Positions 55,436 through 64,000 of a DNA stretch of 64,000 nt are shown piece by piece. Source of the stretch: Solirubrobacteraceae bacterium (GTDB lineage Bacteria; Actinomycetota; Thermoleophilia; Solirubrobacterales; Solirubrobacteraceae); the NCBI GenBank assembly GCA_035713465.1, contig DASSZP010000056.1:9121-73120 (forward strand), given 5' to 3'. Below the pieces are notes generated by a model, which did no database searches, was not told where the DNA came from, and saw only the letters and a list, made by a program, of their open reading frames with translations. The position numbers and the translations under genes are program-made. The first letter of the stretch is position 1; the number at the start of each line of letters is the position of its first letter.

Positions 55436-56814
55436 TCGGCCTGGTCGGCCGGTTGGGGTGCGCGCGGCTGGCGGACGCGGACGCCGCCGCGGGGGGAGAG
55501 GGTGATGACCCGGAACTGGGTCTTGGCCGGCTCGGGGTCAACGGGCTCCAGTGCCGTGCGCTCGAGGATCCGGGCCAGCACGATCCGCATCTCGGCCAGC
55601 GCGAAGCTCGCCCCCAGGCAGCGGCGGGTACCCCCGCCGAACGGGATCCACGTGTAGGTGTCGGGGGCATCGGCGTCCAGAAAGCGCTCGGGACGGAAGC
55701 GGGTCGGATCGCGGTACAGGCCGCCCCGGCGGTGGATGGTGCGGATCGAGGGGTTGATCTCCATCCCCACCGGCACCTCGTAGTCACCGAGCCGGAACGG
55801 CTCTGAGCGCACGACGCGGCCCACGCCGGGGATCACCGGCCGGATGCGCAGCGCCTCCTTGACCACGGCGTCCAGGTAGGCGGTGTCGCCGTCGGCGGCC
55901 GCGGCTCGCGCCGCGCCGAGCACGCGAGCGTCGTGCAGGACGAGGTCGACCGTCCAGGCCAGCCCGGTCGCGGTCGTCTCGTGCCCGGCCAGCAGCAGGG
56001 TCATCAGCTCGTCACGGACCTCACGGTCGGTCAGGCGTTGGCCGTCCTCGTCGCGGGCCAGCAGCAGGGCGGAGAAGACGTCGTCGCGCGCTTCGAGCTC
56101 GGGATCGTCGCGGCGCCGGGCGATCTCCGCGTAGACGATCTCGTCCACGGCCTGCTTGCGGGCCTCGAACTCGCGCGCGGCGCGGCTGTTGCCGCGCCCG
56201 CGGGTCAGCGCGGACACGATCAGCATCCCTCGCGGGCGGGCCAGCGGCTCGATCATCGCTCGCAGGCGGCCGCGCAGCTCCGCCTCCTCGGCGCCGGGCG
56301 CGTAGCCGAACACGGCGCGCAGGATGATCCGCAGCGTGATCGACTGCATGCGCTCCAGCACGGTGAAGGTCTCGCCGACCGGCCAGCTGTCGATCTCGGC
56401 GTCGGCGCAGTCGCGCATCGTCTCGGCGTGGGCCTGCATCTGGCGCCCGTGGAAGGCGGGCAGCATCAGCCGGCGGTGGCGCAGGTGCTCGTCGCCGTCG
56501 AGCAGCAGCACGGAGCGCTCGCCGAGGATCGGGCCGAGCAGCGCATTGGCCTCGCCGGCGTGCAGCTGGACGCCCGAGCCGCGGAAGACCTGCTTGACCA
56601 GCTCGGGGTCAAAGACCATCACGAACCCGTGGTCGAAGATGGTGGAGAAGGTGACCGCGTCGCCGTAGCGCCGGCGGCATGCCTCGAGAAAGCGCACGCC
56701 TCCGACCATGAAGCCGACCGTCTGCAGCAGGCGAGGAAGCCGCGGGCCGGGCGGGAGGGGCAGCGACCCTGGCAGCCGCGGGCCCGGCGGGAGGGGCAGC
56801 GATGCGCTCTCCAT
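55414..56814 (-). CDS. Cytochrome P450 (CYP135/138-like)
   Basis: AGHETTA, KEALR, FRPERF, PFGGGTRRCLG. Confidence 0.93.
   Translation of the reverse strand: MESASLPLPPGPRLPGSLPLPPGPRLPRLLQTVGFMVGGVRFLEACRRRYGDAVTFSTIFDHGFVMVFDPELVKQVFRGSGVQLHAGEANALLGPILGERSVLLLDGDEHLRHRRLMLPAFHGRQMQAHAETMRDCADAEIDSWPVGETFTVLERMQSITLRIILRAVFGYAPGAEEAELRGRLRAMIEPLARPRGMLIVSALTRGRGNSRAAREFEARKQAVDEIVYAEIARRRDDPELEARDDVFSALLLARDEDGQRLTDREVRDELMTLLLAGHETTATGLAWTVDLVLHDARVLGAARAAAADGDTAYLDAVVKEALRIRPVIPGVGRVVRSEPFRLGDYEVPVGMEINPSIRTIHRRGGLYRDPTRFRPERFLDADAPDTYTWIPFGGGTRRCLGASFALAEMRIVLARILERTALEPVDPEPAKTQFRVITLSPRGGVRVRQPRAPQPADQADQRVPVA
56735..56802. repeat. 36-bp-period duplication in the P450 N-terminus (SLPLPPGPRLP x2)
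   Basis: Seen at both DNA and protein level. Confidence 0.85.
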
Positions 56815-56965
56815 CCCCCGATCGTTGCACACCGGGTTCGTCGCCTCGGGTGGCCATCGCGGTCGCGCGGCTCGACCCGCTGATCCCGGCCCCGTCGGTC
56901 CGGTGTGACAGGCTGCGGCTACCGGCGCGGGCGCCACCCCCGCGCGCGTGTTCAGGCCACACACC

Positions 56966-58189
56966 ATGCGCGACGAATTCCTGGTCTTCGGACGTCCCGA
57001 CCTCGGCGAGGAGGAGATCGCCGAGGTGGTCGCGTCGATGCGCTCGGGCTGGATCGGCACCGGTCCCAAGGTGCACCGCTTCGAGACGATGCTGGCCGAG
57101 TACTGCGGGGTGGCGCACGTCCGCTGCGTCTCCTCGTGTACGGCCGCGCTGATCCTGGCCATGCGCGTGCTGGGCATCGGGCCCGGCGACGAGGTGCTCG
57201 TTCCCGCGATGACCTTCGTCGCCTCGGCCAACGCAGTCGCGCACGCCGGGGCCACGCCGTTGCTGATCGACAGCGTGCCCGGCACCGGGTTGATCGACCT
57301 CGCCGCGGCGCAGGCGGCGATCACGCCGCGCACCCGGGCGATCATGCCCGTCCACCTGGCCGGGCGGCCGGTCGATCTCGGCGCGCTGGCCGACCTGCGC
57401 GAGCGGCATGGGCTCGAGGTGGTGGAGGACGCGGCCCACGCGATCGGCGCCGAGTGGGGCGGACGGCGGATCGGCAGCCACGGCAACCTGACCGCCTTCT
57501 CCTTCTACGTGACCAAGAACATCACCACCGGCGAGGGCGGCGCGCTGCTCACCGAGTCGGCCGGGTTCGCCGAGGCGGTCGAGCGGCTGGCCCTGCACGG
57601 GCTGAGCGCCGGCGCGTGGCAGCGCTTCTCCGACAGCGGCTTTCGTCACTACGAGGTGGTCGAGCCGGGCTACAAGTTCAACATGACCGACGTGCAGGCG
57701 GCGATGGGGCTGCACCAGCTCCCGCGCCTGGACGCGGCGATCGAGCGCCGGGCGCAGCTGTGGGGGCGCTACGACGCCGAGCTGGCCGGGCTGCCACTGA
57801 CCCTGCCGCCGGCGCCGGAGCCGGGCACCCGGCACGCCCGGCACCTCTACCAGGTGCTGGTCGATCCCGACGCCCCGCTGCCCCGCGATGAGCTGATCGC
57901 GGCACTGTCGGCCCGGAAGATCGGGACCGGCGTGCATTACCGGGGGGTCCACCTGCACCCGTACTACCGCGAGCGTTACGGCTACGCGCCCGCTGACCTG
58001 CCGGTGGCCAGCGACATCTCGGCGCGGACGCTGAGCCTGCCGCTGGCCTCCAACCTGACCGAGGCCGATCAGGACGACGTGATCGGGGCGCTGCGCGAGG
58101 TGCTCGGAGATGGCGGCCCGGGGGGCGCCGGGGTCAACTCGCCGCGCGCTGCGACGCCTGGGCCCGCGGATCGAGATCCTCGAGGCTGA
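56966..58189 (+). CDS. DegT/DnrJ/EryC1/StrS PLP-dependent aminotransferase
   Basis: SSCTAAL, EDAAHAIG, FSFYVTKNITTGEGG, GYKFNMTD. Confidence 0.93.
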   Translation: MRDEFLVFGRPDLGEEEIAEVVASMRSGWIGTGPKVHRFETMLAEYCGVAHVRCVSSCTAALILAMRVLGIGPGDEVLVPAMTFVASANAVAHAGATPLLIDSVPGTGLIDLAAAQAAITPRTRAIMPVHLAGRPVDLGALADLRERHGLEVVEDAAHAIGAEWGGRRIGSHGNLTAFSFYVTKNITTGEGGALLTESAGFAEAVERLALHGLSAGAWQRFSDSGFRHYEVVEPGYKFNMTDVQAAMGLHQLPRLDAAIERRAQLWGRYDAELAGLPLTLPPAPEPGTRHARHLYQVLVDPDAPLPRDELIAALSARKIGTGVHYRGVHLHPYYRERYGYAPADLPVASDISARTLSLPLASNLTEADQDDVIGALREVLGDGGPGGAGVNSPRAATPGPADRDPRG

Positions 58190-59006
58190 GCGGATGCCGC
58201 GGCGGCCCGTCGATCACGCGGACGCGATCGAGCTTCAGATCGGGGCCGACGTGCAGCAGCTCACCTGAGCCGAGCATCCGCCAGCCTGAGTCCTCGTCCA
58301 TCGGCTCGGTGGCGATGGCCACCGCCGGCTTGGTGCTCAGGTCCCCCGAGCGCACGCGGATGCTGCCGCGGGCGCTGGCGTGCTCCAGGTGCCGGTGTCC
58401 GCCCGGCCCGCCGGGCCCGCGCTCGAGCACGTGCAGCTCGTGGGTGTCGGGATAGCGCAGCGCCCACAGGCCGTCGGCGGTGGTGACGATGCAGTTGATC
58501 GAGAGCACGGGCAGGTTCCCGGCCACCCAGCGCGCGGCGCCGGCGATTCCGGCCCCGACATCGCCGTTCGCCCGCTCGATCTCCCGCGTGATGAGGGCGA
58601 AGAAGCGCTCGGAGTCCGTATCCCCGTGCACGTGACGCATCGCGTCGCCGAGCTCGGCTTCGAGGGCCGGAAGGTCGCCGATCACCCCGTTGTGGGCGAA
58701 CAGCCGGCCGTCCTGGCAGAAGGGGTGCGTGTTGGCCTCGGTCAGGCCCCCGTTGGACGCGTAGCGCACGTGAGCGACGAAGGTCCGCGAGCTCAGCTCC
58801 CGCGCCTCCTCGCCGAACGCGTGGTCCTCGTAGGCGGCCAGCGCCTGCTTGGCCACCACCGGTTCACCGTCCGCGTCGAAGGTCCCGACCCCGGTCCCGT
58901 CGGGTTCGCGCCGGCTCTGCCTGCCCAGGGAGTCCGGCGCCTCCAGCAGCCAGAACGTCGCCTTGACCGGCTGCTCGCCACCGCTCAGTCCAAACAGCCG
59001 GCACAT
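58134..59006 (-). CDS. Class II glutamine amidotransferase (EgtC/YafJ-like)
   Basis: MCRLFG N-terminal Cys, AHVRYAS, NTHPF, FAHNG, TDSERFF. Confidence 0.88.
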   Translation of the reverse strand: MCRLFGLSGGEQPVKATFWLLEAPDSLGRQSRREPDGTGVGTFDADGEPVVAKQALAAYEDHAFGEEARELSSRTFVAHVRYASNGGLTEANTHPFCQDGRLFAHNGVIGDLPALEAELGDAMRHVHGDTDSERFFALITREIERANGDVGAGIAGAARWVAGNLPVLSINCIVTTADGLWALRYPDTHELHVLERGPGGPGGHRHLEHASARGSIRVRSGDLSTKPAVAIATEPMDEDSGWRMLGSGELLHVGPDLKLDRVRVIDGPPRHPLSLEDLDPRAQASQRAAS

Positions 59007-59112
59007 GGAGCCGAACGCTACTCCTCGGCCCGTCCCGGGAGGGTGAACCGGTCGACGCCGCTCCCGCGCGCCCGGCCCACACCCCCGGCCGCGCCCGATC
59101 GACCCCCTCGCC

Positions 59113-59249
59113 GGGGGGTGAGTAGGGAAACGCCTCTCCTGGTTGTGTTTCTCGACTCACCCCCCGCGCAAGCGCCGGTGATCTGCGGTCGGCCGAGGGG
59201 GGTGAGTAGGGAAACGCCTGACATGGTTGTGTTTCTCGACTCACCCCCC
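59113..59249. repeat. Two 53-bp REP-like hairpin elements in direct orientation (59113-59165, 59197-59249)
   Basis: GGGGGGTGAGTAGGGAAACGCCT-N4-TGGTTGTGTTTCTCGACTCACCCCCC; 11-bp perfect terminal inverted repeats; 31-bp spacer. Confidence 0.85.
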
Positions 59250-59371
59250 AGGGGAGGCCCCGCGCGGCGTCCCCTCCCCGAACGGGAAATCGGACCACCC
59301 GGGACAGCTGTCAGAGTAATTTCAGGCTGAGCTGCGATCGTCAGTGCTGTGATCGAGATGGAAGGTGTCGC

Positions 59372-60706
59372 ATGAGATTTCTCCGTACCGCTTCGACCCG
59401 CCGGCTGCTCGGCGTGCTCGCCGGCCTGGTCGCCGTGATCGGGGCCACGACGGCGATCGCCGTCGCCGCGTCCGGTTCGGGCCCTGTGCCCAAGCGCCAG
59501 CCGCTGGCCAACGCCGTTCATCAGGCGCTCGGGGCCAAGGCCGTCAAGGGCATCAGCGCCGACATCACCTTCACCAACCATCTGATCGACACCTCGGCCC
59601 TGCAGGGCAGCGATCCGGTGCTCAGCGGCGCGAGCGGGCGTCTGTGGCTCTCCAGCAGCAACCACCAGCTGCGCCTCGAGCTGCAGTCCAACAACGGTGA
59701 CGCCGAGGTGCTGGTCAACCGACGGCACTTCTGGATCTCGGATCCGGCGGCCAACACGGTCTATCAGGGCACGCTGCCCTCGGACCTGATGGGCTCGGGC
59801 ACCGGCAGCACGAGCAGCAGCGGCAGCAAGAGCAGCAGCGACGGCAACGGCAGCAAGGGCGGCCAGGGCGGCCAGGGCGCCGCCGACCACGGCATCCCGT
59901 CGGTGGCCAAGATCCAGGCCGAGCTGACCAAGCTCATGACGCACGTCAATCTCTCCGGCGCCCGGCCCGGCGACGTGGGCGGGCAGCCCGCCTACACCGT
60001 CTCGGTCTCACCCAAGCACGACGGCGGCCTGCTCGGCTCGGTCGCGCTGGCCTGGGACGCGGTCCGCGGCGTTCCCCTGCGCTTCGCGATCTACGCCAAG
60101 GGCAACCCGGACCCGGTGATCGAGCTCACCGCCGACAACATCAGCTACGGCGCCGTCCCCGCCTCGGTGTTCGCCATCTCGCATCCGCGCGGCGCCAAGG
60201 TGGTCACGATCGGCAGCGCCCAGGACGCCTCGGCCGGCAGCCAGAGCACGTCGGCCCACGGCGGCAAGGCGGCCAAGGGTGGCAAGGGCGGCCGCGCGGC
60301 CGCGCGTCACCACCATCTCGTGACCGGGCTCGACGCGGTCAAGGCCAAGCTGCACTTCCCGCTCACCGCGCCCGACAGCCTCGTCGGCCTGCCGCGGCGC
60401 ACGGTCAGCCTCCTGAGCTACGGCGGCAGCCCGGCCGCGCTGGTCACCTACGGCCAGGGCCTGGGCGGGATCGCGGTCATCGAGCGCGCGCATCACGGCG
60501 GCGCGGCGGCCAAGCCGGCCGGCCCGGGCTCGGGTAACGGCCAGGGCAACCTCAGCCTGCCCACGGTGTCGATCAACGGCGCCACCGGACAGGAGCTCGA
60601 CACCGCGCTCGGGACGCTGGTCACCTTCTCCCGCGGCGGCGTCGACTACACCGTGGTCGGATCGGTGCCCTCGGCGGCGGCCGACGCAGCCGCCCGCGCA
60701 CTGTGA
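59372..60706 (+). CDS. Exported LolA/DUF2092-like protein
   Basis: N-terminal signal/anchor; GRLWL...LRLELQ, VGGQPAYTVSVSPK, VPLRFAIYA and VFAISHPRGAKV resemble actinobacterial LolA-fold proteins. Confidence 0.6.
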   Translation: MRFLRTASTRRLLGVLAGLVAVIGATTAIAVAASGSGPVPKRQPLANAVHQALGAKAVKGISADITFTNHLIDTSALQGSDPVLSGASGRLWLSSSNHQLRLELQSNNGDAEVLVNRRHFWISDPAANTVYQGTLPSDLMGSGTGSTSSSGSKSSSDGNGSKGGQGGQGAADHGIPSVAKIQAELTKLMTHVNLSGARPGDVGGQPAYTVSVSPKHDGGLLGSVALAWDAVRGVPLRFAIYAKGNPDPVIELTADNISYGAVPASVFAISHPRGAKVVTIGSAQDASAGSQSTSAHGGKAAKGGKGGRAAARHHHLVTGLDAVKAKLHFPLTAPDSLVGLPRRTVSLLSYGGSPAALVTYGQGLGGIAVIERAHHGGAAAKPAGPGSGNGQGNLSLPTVSINGATGQELDTALGTLVTFSRGGVDYTVVGSVPSAAADAAARAL

Positions 60707-61719
60707 GCCCGGGCTCGGACGACGCCATCGGTCCCCGGGCCACGCCCGGGGACGCGCCGCCGCTCGAGGTTCGCGGTCTGGTCAAGCGCTACGGCGAGCT
60801 GACCGCGGTGGCCGGGGTCGACATCACGGTCAACTCCGGGGACGTGTACGGCTATCTCGGGCCCAACGGGGCGGGCAAGACCACCTCGCTGCGGATGATG
60901 ATGGGCCTGATCCGCCCCACCGAGGGTTCGGTGCGGCTGTTCGGACGTGATCCGCAGAGCACGGTGCACGCGCTTCAGGGCGTGGCCGGCTTCGTCGAGG
61001 CTCCGACCTTCTACCCCTACCTCAACGCGCGGCGCAACCTCGAGCTGCTCGCCGCCTACGACGGCGGCGGCGCCGCCGGGCGCATCGCCGAGGCGCTGGA
61101 GGCCGTCGAGCTCTCGGGGCGCGCCAAGGACCGGGTGGGCGGCTTCTCCCACGGCATGCGCCAGCGCCTGGGCATCGCGGCGGCGCTGCTGCGCGACCCC
61201 AAGCTGCTGCTGCTCGACGAGCCGGCCACGGGTCTGGATCCGGCCGGGATGCGCGACATGCGCCTGCTCATCCGTCGCCTCGCCGGTCAGGGGATGACCG
61301 TGGTGCTCTCCAGCCATCTGCTGGCCGAGGTCGAGGACGTCTGCAACCGTGTCGCGATCGTCCGCTCCGGGCGGATCGTCTACGAGGGGGAGATCGCCGC
61401 GCTCAAGCGCGGCGCCGGCACGTCCTACCGCCTGGAGACGACCGACGACGAGCGCGCGCTGGCCGTCTGCGCCGCGCAGCCCGGGATCAGCGAGGTCCAT
61501 CGCAACGAGCACGGCCGGATCGTGTTCACTGCCGACGAGACGGCGGTCACCGGGCTCTCCCAGGCGCTCGTGGAGGCGGGTGCCCTGATCCGCGCGCTGG
61601 CGCCGCAGACGGTGACCCTGGAGGATCTGTTCTTCGACTTCACCGAAGGCGACGGCCGCGCCACCGGCGCTCCGGACACCACCGCCAGCACCCCCGAGCC
61701 GGCCGCGACCGGAGGCTGA
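60703..61719 (+). CDS. ABC transporter ATP-binding protein
   Basis: GPNGAGKTT, FSHGMRQRL, LLLDEPATGLDP, SSHLL. Confidence 0.95.
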   Translation: MSPGSDDAIGPRATPGDAPPLEVRGLVKRYGELTAVAGVDITVNSGDVYGYLGPNGAGKTTSLRMMMGLIRPTEGSVRLFGRDPQSTVHALQGVAGFVEAPTFYPYLNARRNLELLAAYDGGGAAGRIAEALEAVELSGRAKDRVGGFSHGMRQRLGIAAALLRDPKLLLLDEPATGLDPAGMRDMRLLIRRLAGQGMTVVLSSHLLAEVEDVCNRVAIVRSGRIVYEGEIAALKRGAGTSYRLETTDDERALAVCAAQPGISEVHRNEHGRIVFTADETAVTGLSQALVEAGALIRALAPQTVTLEDLFFDFTEGDGRATGAPDTTASTPEPAATGG

Positions 61720-61724
61720 ACCGC

Positions 61725-62543
61725 ATGCCCGGCACCGCCACCGTCTACCGCTGGGAGCTGTTCAAGCTCCGCCACCAGAAGCGGACCTACCTCGGCCTGG
61801 GCGCCTCGATCCTCGTCCCGGTGCTGTTCGTGCTGGCCATCCACTTCCGCCACCACAGCTCGAGCCACGGCGACTTCGCCTTCTCGGGCTACCTGGATCG
61901 CAGCGGGCTGGCCGTCCCGCTCGTGCTGCTGCTGTTCGGCGCCGTGTGGCTGTTCCCGCTCATCACCGCGCTGGTGGCCGGGGATATCTTCGCCTCCGAG
62001 GATCACAACGGCACGCTGAAGACGATCCTCACCCGCTCGCTGGAGCGCTGGCAGATCTTCGCCGGCAAGGCCCTGGCCGCCGCCACCTACGCGATCGTCG
62101 CGATCGTCCTATCGGGGACGGTGGCCGTGCTCGCCGGCAGTCTGCAGTCGGGCTACAACTCGCTGCAGAGCCTGTCGGGGACGATCGTCTCGGCCCCCAA
62201 GGCCACCGAACTGGTCTACGTCAGCCTGCTCGTGTACCTGGTGCCGATTGCGGCGATCGTGTGCGTCGGGCTGCTGCTCTCGGCGGTGACCCGCAACAGC
62301 GCGGCCGCGGTCGTGGGCACCCTGATGGTCTCGCTGCTGTTCCAGCTGCTGGGGATCCTCCCGGGCCTGTCAGGGCTTCAGCCCTACCTGCTCAGCACGC
62401 AGTTCAACGCCTGGCAGGGGCTCCTGCGCACGCCGGTGGACTGGCAGCCGATCCTGCAGGCTGCCTGGGTGTGCGCGGTCTACGCGGGGCTGTCGCTGGG
62501 AACGGCGTTCCTCGTCTTCATCCGGCGTGACGTCTCGGGCTGA
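61725..62543 (+). CDS. ABC-2 type permease
   Basis: GDIFASEDHNGTLKTILTR, GKALA, about 6 TM segments, FIRRDV end. Confidence 0.9.
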   Translation: MPGTATVYRWELFKLRHQKRTYLGLGASILVPVLFVLAIHFRHHSSSHGDFAFSGYLDRSGLAVPLVLLLFGAVWLFPLITALVAGDIFASEDHNGTLKTILTRSLERWQIFAGKALAAATYAIVAIVLSGTVAVLAGSLQSGYNSLQSLSGTIVSAPKATELVYVSLLVYLVPIAAIVCVGLLLSAVTRNSAAAVVGTLMVSLLFQLLGILPGLSGLQPYLLSTQFNAWQGLLRTPVDWQPILQAAWVCAVYAGLSLGTAFLVFIRRDVSG

Positions 62544-62575
62544 GCTCGCTCGAGCTCGCGGTGCGCCCTCGCCGC

Positions 62576-64000
62576 TCAGCCGAGCCCGAGCATCTCGCCG
62601 ACCGCCTCCCCGGGCACCGGCTGGCTGAAGAGGAAGCCCTGCGCTCCGTCGCAGCCGAGGTCGCGCAGGCGCGCCAGCTGATGGTCGGTCTCGACCCCCT
62701 CGGCGACGATCGTGAGCCCGAGCGTGTGCCCGAGCTCGATGACCGCCCCCACGAGCGCCCCGTCCTCCCGCCCTGACCCCAGCTCCGTGACGAAGCTCTG
62801 GTGGATCTTCAACATGTCGGCCGGCAGCGCGCGCAGGTCGTGCAGGGTGGCCGGTCCCACGCCGAAATCGTCGATCGCGACGTGCACCCCGAGAGCGGCG
62901 AGCTCGCGCAGCACGCCGCCGTCGAACCGGGGGTCGAGCAGTGCATCGGCGGCGATCTCCATCCACAGCACGCCGGGGTCGCCACCTGCGCGCTCGATCG
63001 CCCAGCCGAGGCGCGCCGGGAATCCCGGATCGGCCAGCTGGGCGGGGGAGAGGTTGACCGAGACCGAGATCCCCGGCCGTGCCCGGCGCCAGCGCCGGAT
63101 CTGCTCCAGCGCCTGGCCGATCACCCAGTCACCGATCTCACCGATCAGCTCCCCGTCCTCCGCGAGCGCCAGGAACTCTGTCGGAGGGAGGAGCCCGCGC
63201 CGCGGGTGCTGCCAGCGCACGAGCGCCTCGAAGCCGATGAGGCCCGTCTGACCGCGGATGGTCACCCGGGGCTGGTAGTGCACGCGCAGCTCCTCGCGGT
63301 CCAGCGCCGCGCGCAGTTCCGCCGTCGCCTCCTCGGAGGCGGGAAGGGGCGTGGTGAGGCGCGTGAGCTCGCCGAGGGGATCCTCCATCAGCGCATCCGT
63401 CCAGCGCACGACGCGGCGGGCGGGTGACGGGCCGGGGCCCTCCGCGTCGCCCTCGGGTTCGTCGGCCTCGTCGGCCTCGTCGGGATCGGCCTCCGCCAGC
63501 ATGAGGCCTGCCGGCACGCGTGGCGCCGGGTCCGCGGCGAGCGCATGGACTGCGGAGGCGGCGAGGGACGAGGGGTCCCCGCGCTCCTCACGCCCATCCG
63601 GCTCACGCTCCTCGGGGCGGCCGAGCAGCGACCAGCTGCGGTCCCCCGCTCCCGGACGGTCCCGGGAGAGCTCGGCGCGGCCGCCGCCGAGGCGCTTGGC
63701 GCGGTACATCGCCCCGTCAGCGTCCCGCAGCGCATCGTCGAGCGAGACGGAGGGATCCTCGAGCATCGTGATCCCGATCGAGACCGCGATCACGACGGGT
63801 TCCTCCCGGCCCTCGAGCACGATCGGCTCGGCCGCCGCGTCTGCGATCCGCTGGGCGATCGCCATCGCCTCGGCTTCGCCCGACAGGCCCTCGAACAGGA
63901 ACGTGAACTCATCGCCGCCGATGCGCGCGACCGTGTCCATCGGCCGCAGCAGCGCGGTGAAGCGATCCGAGAGCTCGTGCAGCACATGGTCGCCGGCGGT
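62576..64000 (-). CDS. GGDEF-EAL c-di-GMP signalling protein, 5'-truncated by window edge
   Basis: ARIGGDEF, ADGAMYRAK, HYQP, FEALVRW, AIDDFG, AEGVET, QGFLFS. Confidence 0.93.
   Translation of the reverse strand, partial: TAGDHVLHELSDRFTALLRPMDTVARIGGDEFTFLFEGLSGEAEAMAIAQRIADAAAEPIVLEGREEPVVIAVSIGITMLEDPSVSLDDALRDADGAMYRAKRLGGGRAELSRDRPGAGDRSWSLLGRPEEREPDGREERGDPSSLAASAVHALAADPAPRVPAGLMLAEADPDEADEADEPEGDAEGPGPSPARRVVRWTDALMEDPLGELTRLTTPLPASEEATAELRAALDREELRVHYQPRVTIRGQTGLIGFEALVRWQHPRRGLLPPTEFLALAEDGELIGEIGDWVIGQALEQIRRWRRARPGISVSVNLSPAQLADPGFPARLGWAIERAGGDPGVLWMEIAADALLDPRFDGGVLRELAALGVHVAIDDFGVGPATLHDLRALPADMLKIHQSFVTELGSGREDGALVGAVIELGHTLGLTIVAEGVETDHQLARLRDLGCDGAQGFLFSQPVPGEAVGEMLGLG

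Noticed and set aside
55414-58189. Secondary-metabolite cluster (P450 + DegT aminotransferase)
   Set aside because: No core synthase, glycosyltransferase or NDP-sugar genes nearby
58134-59006. egtC of an ergothioneine operon
   Set aside because: No egtA/B/D neighbours in the window, so only a family-level call is made
59113-59249. Mini CRISPR array (repeat-spacer-repeat)
   Set aside because: Only two units, 53 bp is longer than typical CRISPR repeats, and there are no cas genes in the window; REP-like is more parsimonious
1-64000. tRNA/rRNA genes, IS elements, prophage
   Set aside because: No recognisable RNA-gene motifs, transposase, integrase or phage genes; intergenic gaps are short

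Overview
Very GC-rich (roughly 70-75% by eye), densely coding bacterial chromosome. Gene content and style suggest an actinobacterium, probably Thermoleophilia/Solirubrobacterales-like (inference). About 46 CDS can be supported; I see no rRNA, tRNA, integrase, transposase or CRISPR array. The main feature is a ~13 kb methylamine/N-methylglutamate locus (9.6-22.6 kb). It holds a GS type III/gamma-glutamylmethylamide synthetase (gmaS), mgsABC (glxBCD), an APC permease coupled to a USP, and a GAF-GAF-PucR regulator with a shared candidate operator. It also holds two cNMP-CBS-DUF294 GlnE/GlnD-like nucleotidyltransferases, one with an intact catalytic motif and one without, plus a DEDDh exonuclease. 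GmaS keeps the NLY adenylylation-site tyrosine, so this may be an undescribed reversible nucleotidylylation switch (hypothesis). The rest is accessory or housekeeping: a two-component system with a Zn-ribbon partner, secreted ricin-lectin, PASTA/Cys-repeat and Vgb-like proteins, an animal-type heme peroxidase, TetR/XRE/MerR regulators with clear operators, MFS/MMPL/ABC transporters, two P450s, GH15, thiolase, GST, a DegT aminotransferase and a GGDEF-EAL protein. There is also a pair of 53-bp REP-like hairpins and many short tandem duplications at gene ends. All product calls come from motif recognition only; no database searches were run.
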